Of a stretch of DNA of 39,261 nucleotides, positions 25,043 to 32,096 are shown one piece after another; the stretch's first letter is position 1; the number at the start of each line of letters is the position of its first letter. The stretch is from Candidatus Magasanikbacteria bacterium CG_4_10_14_0_2_um_filter_37_12 (GTDB taxonomy: Bacteria; Patescibacteriota; Patescibacteriia; Magasanikbacterales; UBA922): positions 1 through 39,261 of the forward strand of contig PFPK01000046.1 of the NCBI GenBank assembly GCA_002793015.1, read 5' to 3'. The position numbers and the translations under genes were made by a program. The notes beneath the pieces were generated by a model that was given only the letters and a program-made list of their open reading frames with translations, was not told the origin of the DNA and did not search any database.

Positions 25043-25298
25043 GACGTGGTAAAAGATTCACAATCTGAGAAAAGATATATTTGTCTTGATTTATAGATAA
25101 TTATCATTAAAAATTAGATAAACTATAAATAATTATCTCATAACAATTCAAGTCGTGTACACCCCAAAAATACCTTTTTAGTTGTAAAATTAGGTAAAAT
25201 TTGATAGGATAATTTTAAAATCCTCTGATCAAGAAAAGGCACTTAGATATCTAAACAGAGTAGAACAACTAAAAGAAAAAGTATGGTCGTAGACATAT

Positions 25299-25730
25299 AT
25301 GAAAAAAATTTACACAAAAAAACCTTCTGAAACACAAGACCTAGCAAAACAGCTTGCTCAAAAAAGTAATGGTGGTGATATTATTTTACTCGAAGGTGAT
25401 CTTGGCACTGGCAAGACAACCTTTACAAAAGGATTTGCTATGGGCCTCGGCATTATTGAGGATGAAATCGTTAGTCCTACCTTTACTTTAATGCAAATTT
25501 ATAAAATAAAAAATTCAAAAATAAAAAATCTAGTCCATATTGATACATATCGGCTAGAAAATGAAGATCAACTTATTGAGATCGGAGTTGAAGATTATCT
25601 AGGTGACGAGAATAGTGTTTGTATCATAGAGTGGCCTGAAAAAATATCAAATCTTTTGAAAAATAAAAAAACAATCAATCTCTTGATAAAGCATGTTGAT
25701 AAAAATACGAGAGAAATAGAAGTAACTTAA
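25299..25730 (+). CDS. tsaE: tRNA t6A37 biosynthesis ATPase TsaE (YjeE)
   Basis: It has the P-loop GDLGTGKTTFTKG, plus SPTFTL and HIDTYRL. The length is 143 aa. Confidence 0.85.
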   Translation: MKKIYTKKPSETQDLAKQLAQKSNGGDIILLEGDLGTGKTTFTKGFAMGLGIIEDEIVSPTFTLMQIYKIKNSKIKNLVHIDTYRLENEDQLIEIGVEDYLGDENSVCIIEWPEKISNLLKNKKTINLLIKHVDKNTREIEVT

Positions 25731-25735
25731 TAAAG

Positions 25736-26833
25736 TTATTCTTTTGGAAACCACATTTTGTATAATTTGAGAGCAATCCACTCCTTTGTTTTTTGCCAGT
25801 TGCCACGCTTCTTCCATCCTTCTGCATCAAATGGCGTTGATTTTTCTATCCAATTAAGCACAGTCTGCTTAATTTTTTTTACAGCGTTACCTTCGCTTAG
25901 CTTTACATTAGCTTCATAATTATCATAAAAGCTAACTTTATCAATATTGCTACTGCCAATCATGGCCCAATCTTCGTCTACTACGACTCCCTTGCCGTGC
26001 ATCATACCGTCAGAAAAATGAATATTTACCCCAATTTTTTTCATTAACGAAAAAAAAGTATAAGCAGCATACTGTGCTACTTGAACGTCAGAACGGAATG
26101 GGATTAGCAAATCAATTTTAATCCCTCTTTTTCGAGCAGCCCAAAGTGACTTGATAAATTTCTTATCTGGAAAGTAGTAAGGTGAAAAAAGAATAACTCT
26201 TTCTCTAGCCCTAAGGAGAGCTTCACTATATAGCTTACGAGTTTTTGATTTTTTTGATCCTGCTTCGTCATAGACAAATTCTAGATCCTCAATATCATTT
26301 TGAACACGAAATTTGTACTTGAGAAGATGTTTAACATGATCTTTTTCTCCACCTGACATAATATATGATTTTGTAAAGGATCGTAGTAGAGAGTGGACTG
26401 CCTTACCAACAATCTTTACCTGAATATCCATCCAGTTTTTCATACTTTTTTCTATATTAACACCACCAATAAACCCAACGTCCTCATCTACCACAAGGAC
26501 TTTACGGTGTAGCCTGGTAGCAAACCTCTTCCATAAATTGCGGAATCTTTTTTGTGAAGTATTAAAAAAGAGAAGATCAACTCCAGAATTTTTTAATGAA
26601 GCAAGCCTCTTCCTAGAGATATTGAAACTACCGAATGAATCAACCACAATTTTTATGTCTACTCCTTCTTTCACTTTATTTTCTAGCAAATCAAAAAATC
26701 TAGCACCGACTTCATCATCAGTAAAAATATATAATTGCCAATAAATTGATTTACGTGCCAAAAAAAGGGCTTGGTACATAGCATCCCAAGCTTCTTTTGA
26801 TGTAGAATATATTTTGTATTTTGATTGATCCAT
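25736..26833 (-). CDS. Phospholipase D-family protein (cardiolipin-synthase-like) with two HKD motifs and no TM
   Basis: The two HKD motifs are LHRKVLVVDEDVGFIGGVNI and MHGKGVVVDEDWAMIGSSNID. Confidence 0.75.
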   Translation of the reverse strand: MDQSKYKIYSTSKEAWDAMYQALFLARKSIYWQLYIFTDDEVGARFFDLLENKVKEGVDIKIVVDSFGSFNISRKRLASLKNSGVDLLFFNTSQKRFRNLWKRFATRLHRKVLVVDEDVGFIGGVNIEKSMKNWMDIQVKIVGKAVHSLLRSFTKSYIMSGGEKDHVKHLLKYKFRVQNDIEDLEFVYDEAGSKKSKTRKLYSEALLRARERVILFSPYYFPDKKFIKSLWAARKRGIKIDLLIPFRSDVQVAQYAAYTFFSLMKKIGVNIHFSDGMMHGKGVVVDEDWAMIGSSNIDKVSFYDNYEANVKLSEGNAVKKIKQTVLNWIEKSTPFDAEGWKKRGNWQKTKEWIALKLYKMWFPKE

Positions 26834-26887
26834 TTTATAAAATTAAACTATAACAATATGGTATACCAAAAAAGATATTTATACAAA

Positions 26888-26915
26888 CAGACACCGCCTC
26901 TTTAAGGGCGATGTC
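26888..26915 (-). terminator. Candidate terminator after the pyrH-like gene
   Basis: A 10-bp stem pairs AGACATCGCC with GGCGGTGTCT (one G.U pair) on the minus strand. The following T tract (GTTTGT) is weak. Confidence 0.4.
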
Positions 26916-26939
26916 TAGTTTTAGAAAACAAATTTTATA

Positions 26940-27617
26940 TTAGTAAATCACTGTACCATGAAAATTCTTACCGCCCAAAACATTCTTTACTTCTTTCAAA
27001 TTTGTACCATCTAGGATACTAACTCGGAGCCCAAGTTTCTCTGCTTCTCTACTTGCAATTGGGTCAAATGGTGCACTCTTGCCTGGGTTCCACGTATTTC
27101 CTACGATATTTTCTCGAAAATCTGACCAGCAAATTTGCTCTATTTTTTTGGCATTCTTGTATTTATTTGGATCTTTGTCGTAGACATATTCAATATTGGA
27201 AAGATTGATGATATCTTTCACGCCATATGTCTTGGCTAGAAGCACTGCGTCTGTATCTGTAGAGTGACCAGGTTGCCAACCAGCTGTAATAATAACAGGT
27301 TTGTTTGTCTTAATTTTTTTGCTAGGGTCCCTCACAACTTCTTTGTAAGCATGTTCACCAAATAAAATTCTCACAAAATTAGCATTGAGTATAGTAGAGT
27401 GAATTCCAACCCAATCCAAATCTCTATCAGACAACTTGGTTACTTTCTTGGCAACGTCTTGATAAGCTCGGCAAGTCGCTCCACCACCAATAGTAAGGAT
27501 AAATTTATTACCATTTTTTACTTCGTTCAAAATAAGCTTGCGAAATTTCTTCAAAAACTTTATATCAAAACCAGTTTTGGGAATGACTATTGATCCTCCT
27601 ACTGAAATTATTTTCAT
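26940..27617 (-). CDS. pyrH: Amino-acid-kinase-fold protein, probable archaeal-type UMP kinase
   Basis: The 225-aa ORF has MKIISVGGSIV, ILTIGGGATCRAY and PGHSTDTDAVLLAKTYGVKDIINLSNIEYVYDKDPNKYKNAKK. Confidence 0.6.
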   Translation of the reverse strand: MKIISVGGSIVIPKTGFDIKFLKKFRKLILNEVKNGNKFILTIGGGATCRAYQDVAKKVTKLSDRDLDWVGIHSTILNANFVRILFGEHAYKEVVRDPSKKIKTNKPVIITAGWQPGHSTDTDAVLLAKTYGVKDIINLSNIEYVYDKDPNKYKNAKKIEQICWSDFRENIVGNTWNPGKSAPFDPIASREAEKLGLRVSILDGTNLKEVKNVLGGKNFHGTVIY

Positions 27618-27630
27618 ATTAAAATTTAAT

Positions 27631-27969
27631 CTAACTTTTTAAACTTTTACTGACTACCCAACTGACCAAAGTCAGTATTAATGCACCAAAAAATGCTGAA
27701 ACAAAACCATCTACCTCAAAACCCTTTACAATAGTGGAGCCAAACCAGAACATAAGTCCATTGACCACAAATGTAAACAATCCTAAACTAAGTAAATTGA
27801 TAGGCAGTGTAAGCACCAAAAGTATTGGTCGGATGATAGCATTGATCAGACCCAAAATCAAGGCCGCAATGAGAGCTGCATAAAATCCGGTAACTGTCAC
27901 TCCAGGCAAATAATAAGCAATAGCCAAAATAGTTAGACCATTCAATAACCAACGAAGTAATAATTTCAT
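27631..27969 (-). CDS. Four-TM phage-holin-family-IV-like membrane protein (DUF360/YvlD-like)
   Basis: The 112-aa ORF contains LNAIIRPILLVLTLPINLLSLGLFTFVVNGLMFW, which is typical of that family. Confidence 0.6.
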   Translation of the reverse strand: MKLLLRWLLNGLTILAIAYYLPGVTVTGFYAALIAALILGLINAIIRPILLVLTLPINLLSLGLFTFVVNGLMFWFGSTIVKGFEVDGFVSAFFGALILTLVSWVVSKSLKS

Positions 27970-28014
27970 ACTATTTTCAATTAAAATACTGATTACTTTA
28001 AATTATACTAGATG

Positions 28015-29427
28015 CTAGCGATTTTCACGTCGATAAGCATAAAGGCTGGTAAAAATTATAAAAATAATAAATGAACCTAAGGCAGAAAATTGTATAATGC
28101 GCTTGAGATTAACGCTATCTGCTTGTAGAGGATTCTGATCTTCACCGTCTACTTGCCCATCCTCATCTGTATCCGCCAATATTGGATTGGAGCCTTTGTC
28201 TATTTCTGTGCCATCGCTTAATCCATCACTGTCAGTATCTAACTTAAGTGGATCTGTACCAAATTGGACTTCTTCGATATCTTTAATATTATCTCCATCA
28301 TCATCGTCGTCCGCTTCATTACCGATACCGTCCAAATCTGTATCTATAGATTCTTTAGGATCGGTAGGAAAGATGTCCAAAAAATCGGATACTCCGTCAC
28401 CATCAGTATCTTGCTTTAAAGGATCTGAACCTTTTGTGATCTCTTCGCCATCTTTGAGACCATCGCCATCAGTGTCTGATTTTAGTGGGTCTGTGCCAAA
28501 TTCTTTCTCTTTGTTGTCCACCAGACCATCGCCATCAGTGTCTGATTTTGTTGGATCTGTGCCAGCATTCAATTCCTCCTGGTCAAAAATTCCGTCCCCG
28601 TCTGAATCATTTATTGTTGGATCTGTGCCCTTTTCTTTTTCTATTTTGTCGGTTAGACCATCGTCGTCAGTGTCTACTTTTAGCGGATCGCTACCAAAAT
28701 CCAATTCTTCTTGATCAGTAAGACCATCATTATCATCATCATTATCAGCGTTGTCCCCTACCCCATCGTTATCAAAGTCAGTCCACTCTTTACTATCTTT
28801 TGGAAAAAAATCTACGGTGTCATTATGTCCATCGCCATCTGTGTCAGATTTTAGTGGATTCAATCCTGCGTCAATTTCACTTTTGTCCAAGAGACCATCA
28901 CCATCTGTATCAACTTTTAGTGGATCCGTTCCTAATTCACTCTCTTTAGCATCACTTATTCCGTCATTATCGTCATCAGTGTCTTCCTTGTTACCAACAT
29001 CATCACCATCTGTATCAATATCAATATCAAAATCACGAGTAGCTTGATAATTAGCTAGTTGCTCTTGATTTATATCAAGCTTATTACCGCTATTATCCGT
29101 TACCTTGATATCAATCATTCTGGCTTCGATATTTTGTACTCCTTCTGGCAAAGTGTAATCAATAGATACTTGCTTGGCTTCTTCAAAAGGTAAATCAACA
29201 ATCTCTGCCGTGCCGATGTGGATACTGTTACTGAAGAATGTAACTTTGGCGGAAAAAAGAGGAAAATCATTATTGACCACCACTGTATAAATTTTCACTG
29301 TATCTCCAGCAAAGGCATCACTATTGGAAATATACAATCCTTTGTCAATCAAAAAATTGAAGCTCTCTGCTGACACAAATGTAGGTATAAATAAAACAAC
29401 AGCTATTATTAAAAATAATTTTGTCAT
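28015..29427 (-). CDS. Secreted, C-terminally membrane-anchored protein with an Ig/CARDB-like N-domain and about 15 thrombospondin type-3 (Ca2+-binding) repeats
   Basis: It has a signal peptide and repeated GTDPLK-x-DTDGDG-x-x-D units. A C-terminal TM (FSALGSFIIFIIFTSLYAY) is followed by RRENR. Confidence 0.8.
   Translation of the reverse strand: MTKLFLIIAVVLFIPTFVSAESFNFLIDKGLYISNSDAFAGDTVKIYTVVVNNDFPLFSAKVTFFSNSIHIGTAEIVDLPFEEAKQVSIDYTLPEGVQNIEARMIDIKVTDNSGNKLDINQEQLANYQATRDFDIDIDTDGDDVGNKEDTDDDNDGISDAKESELGTDPLKVDTDGDGLLDKSEIDAGLNPLKSDTDGDGHNDTVDFFPKDSKEWTDFDNDGVGDNADNDDDNDGLTDQEELDFGSDPLKVDTDDDGLTDKIEKEKGTDPTINDSDGDGIFDQEELNAGTDPTKSDTDGDGLVDNKEKEFGTDPLKSDTDGDGLKDGEEITKGSDPLKQDTDGDGVSDFLDIFPTDPKESIDTDLDGIGNEADDDDDGDNIKDIEEVQFGTDPLKLDTDSDGLSDGTEIDKGSNPILADTDEDGQVDGEDQNPLQADSVNLKRIIQFSALGSFIIFIIFTSLYAYRRENR
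28108..29025 (-). repeat. In-frame coding repeats (DxDxDG thrombospondin type-3 units)
   Basis: Degenerate repeats of about 36 to 70 nt, rich in GAT/GAC/GGT codons, run through this stretch. They create the spurious Ser/Pro-rich plus-strand ORFs at 28187..28714, 28485..28721 and 28751..29047. Confidence 0.75.
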
Positions 29428-29440
29428 AAAACATGATTTA

Positions 29441-30367
29441 TCATTGCCCTACAATTAGTTCACCATTGTTGATATTGATTATTATATCACCTTCTAAGTC
29501 AGTTCTCAATATTTTGCTCTCTGATCTTTCCAATCTTTTCAGCACACGGGGTGAAGGATGTCCAAATTTATTATTTTTTCCAGCTGAAATCACAGAATAC
29601 AAAGGACTTGTCGAGCTAACAAAAGTGCTGTTAGAAGAAGAATTGCTACCGTGATGTCCAACTTTGAGAACTTCCACGTCAAGCTGTTCGCCATAAGTTT
29701 TAATCAAATAATCTTCTAAATCTATTTCCGCATCTCCCATAAGTAGTACATCTTGGTCTTGATATGATAATTTTAAGACAACAGACGTGTCGTTGGCCCC
29801 AGTGTCTTTGTCCATGCTTGGAATTCTAGAATCCAGATCGATCGGATGGTCAGGATATAAAAAATGTAATTTGGCGCCTGCAATATCCCAACTGTCTTCT
29901 TTGTCAACAATAAAATACGTAGCTCCTTGAGCTACCTCGGAATCAATAGCACCCATAAATGAAAGCCAAAAATTGTCGTACTCCTTATTAAGATCATTAT
30001 AAATAATCTCTCCTACATCAAATCTGTTCAAAACATCAATACAGCCACCATAGTGATCTAAATCTGGATGAGTGACAAGTAGATAATCAATTTTGTGATC
30101 ATAAAAATCCATTACTCGACCAAGGGCCTCAATGATCCGCCCATCGATAGAACAATCAACAAGCATTTGCTGACTATCCGGAAATTCAATCAAAGTGGCG
30201 TCACCTTGTCCAATATCTAAAAATGAAATCTTTACTTGATCAACAGGAACTTGTTCAGCAGATTTTTCATTTGGTGGCAAGTCCACTTGGTCGTCTTTTT
30301 TTATAAACCACAACAACCCAAGTACTATGACAAGTAAAATTGTGATGAAGATAAATGATTTTTTCAT
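29441..30367 (-). CDS. Stand-alone, membrane-anchored ComEC-type metallo-beta-lactamase domain protein
   Basis: An N-terminal TM is followed by DIGQGDATLIEFP, LLVTHPDLDHYGG and LKVGHHGSNSS, matching the C-terminal MBL domain of ComEC/Rec2. Confidence 0.75.
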   Translation of the reverse strand: MKKSFIFITILLVIVLGLLWFIKKDDQVDLPPNEKSAEQVPVDQVKISFLDIGQGDATLIEFPDSQQMLVDCSIDGRIIEALGRVMDFYDHKIDYLLVTHPDLDHYGGCIDVLNRFDVGEIIYNDLNKEYDNFWLSFMGAIDSEVAQGATYFIVDKEDSWDIAGAKLHFLYPDHPIDLDSRIPSMDKDTGANDTSVVLKLSYQDQDVLLMGDAEIDLEDYLIKTYGEQLDVEVLKVGHHGSNSSSNSTFVSSTSPLYSVISAGKNNKFGHPSPRVLKRLERSESKILRTDLEGDIIININNGELIVGQ

Positions 30368-30444
30368 AAATAATTAAGATAAAAGTAATAAGTTAATAAG
30401 CAATAAGTAATAGTTGTAAAAAAATTTTCCTAAAAATTAACTTG

Positions 30445-31971
30445 TTACTTACTAATTACTACTTTTGTATGCTTTTTATTAATCCACAAAAAAATTGCCA
30501 CATAGCCAACAATCATGCCCCAAAGAGGAAAACGCACATCCACGGCAGAAAATTGCAAGCTAGCAAACCACCTGACCACAAAGATAATAAAACACATACC
30601 TATCCAAGCCACCCAGGAAATTACCAAAGCTAGAGGTTGAAAAACAAAACTAAACAAAACTGCAAAAAATCCAAGCATCATAATCCACGGAATAATCCAG
30701 AGAATCAAAATATTGACAATCGGAGCAACAATGGAAAGGCGTCCAAATTGAAATAAGATCAATGGGAGTGTTGCAATAATTGCAGAAAGTGTGGAAAGCA
30801 AAGATTCTTTGATCCCAAAAATTTCTGGCACTTTTTCAAAAGGCTTTCTAATTTTGACAGTCAAATAAACTAATCCTAATGTAGAAATAAATGAAAGCTG
30901 AAATCCTGCGTCCCACATCAGGATATAAGGATTTTGTACAGCCATGACGACCGCAGTGATCAGCATGACGCTGCCGACCTGTGAAACTCGCCCAGTCTGT
31001 CTCGATAAAAGGACAATAATTCCCATAATTCCAGCCCGCACAACAGAAGCACTAAGGCCAGCAAAAATGACAAATATTATGATTCCAAAACTAATCACCC
31101 AAAAGGCTTTTTTGCGAGGAACATAAAAAGCTAAACAAATACTAATCAAAATGGTCGCAATGATCGTAATGTTGTATCCAGAAATAGCTACAATATGTGT
31201 CACGCCCGTCCGACTAAAAAGTTCATTGAGTTCTCCTAGCCCTCCTCGATAACCATACAAGAGACCAGCCATAAAACTGGCTTGTGGTTCATGCCAAAGC
31301 TTATTGATCTTCTCAGCCACGACCGACTTGAGAGTGTATATTCCTCCCAAAATTTTGCTACCATCGCCTGATCCTATTTTGGTAATATTTGGATTTTGAC
31401 ACAAAGTGAATACTCCATAGCGAGCCAAATATTTGTCATAACGAAAATCTTCAATTGGTTCTGGCAATTCTAGACTACATTTTATTTCTAATTTGTCGCC
31501 ATATTCATATCGTGGGTACAAAAATGATTTTAGATAAATATCTCCAGATATCTGGTGTTCTACTCCTGTTTTATCAACAAATTTTTGGCTGTGAACTATA
31601 TACCTAACGCCATCCATTCTGACGTCTGGCTCTGCTGATACATAGCCGATGATAGTTTTTTTATCACCTGCATAATAAATAACGTTGTTGTCGTTGTTTA
31701 TTGGAATAGAAATAAAAAATCTACCAACTCCAAGAATAAAAAATACCAAAGAAAACACGATGTAACGCACTAAATTATTTTTCCAAAAAATAATTAAAGT
31801 AGATAGTGAAATAAATAAAGATACATACAAATAAACAAAGTCTATTTGTAGATCTGTTACAGAAGCACAAGCAATACCAATGAGAAAACAAAAGCAAAAC
31901 AGGACAAATGTTTTGCTTTTTGAATTGGTTATTTTGTTTATTCCCTCCATAGAAATAACACTATGAGTCAT
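30445..31971 (-). CDS. comEC: ComEC/Rec2 DNA-uptake channel (DUF4131 plus competence membrane domain), lacking the MBL domain
   Basis: The 508-aa polytopic ORF contains TGVTHIVAISGYNITIIA and GLSASVVRAGIMG, as in the ComEC competence domain. Confidence 0.75.
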   Translation of the reverse strand: MTHSVISMEGINKITNSKSKTFVLFCFCFLIGIACASVTDLQIDFVYLYVSLFISLSTLIIFWKNNLVRYIVFSLVFFILGVGRFFISIPINNDNNVIYYAGDKKTIIGYVSAEPDVRMDGVRYIVHSQKFVDKTGVEHQISGDIYLKSFLYPRYEYGDKLEIKCSLELPEPIEDFRYDKYLARYGVFTLCQNPNITKIGSGDGSKILGGIYTLKSVVAEKINKLWHEPQASFMAGLLYGYRGGLGELNELFSRTGVTHIVAISGYNITIIATILISICLAFYVPRKKAFWVISFGIIIFVIFAGLSASVVRAGIMGIIVLLSRQTGRVSQVGSVMLITAVVMAVQNPYILMWDAGFQLSFISTLGLVYLTVKIRKPFEKVPEIFGIKESLLSTLSAIIATLPLILFQFGRLSIVAPIVNILILWIIPWIMMLGFFAVLFSFVFQPLALVISWVAWIGMCFIIFVVRWFASLQFSAVDVRFPLWGMIVGYVAIFLWINKKHTKVVISK

Positions 31972-32096
31972 GCAACCCGCCCTCTATCCGCCCTTCAATC
32001 TTGATGGAGGGAGAACGTTCTAATTAGTAAGTCTCCTCCCCTTTTTAAGGGGAGGGTTAGGGTTGGGTTGCGTGGCTTGTCCACTAACTTTTAAAG

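Noticed and set aside
28187-29047. Long plus-strand ORFs (175, 78 and 98 aa; Ser/Pro-rich) and the periodic repeats, considered as genes or a CRISPR-like array.
   Set aside because: They are antisense reading frames of the GAT/GAC/GGT-rich thrombospondin-type-3 repeat coding sequence. The repeats are degenerate, in-frame and have no unique spacers.
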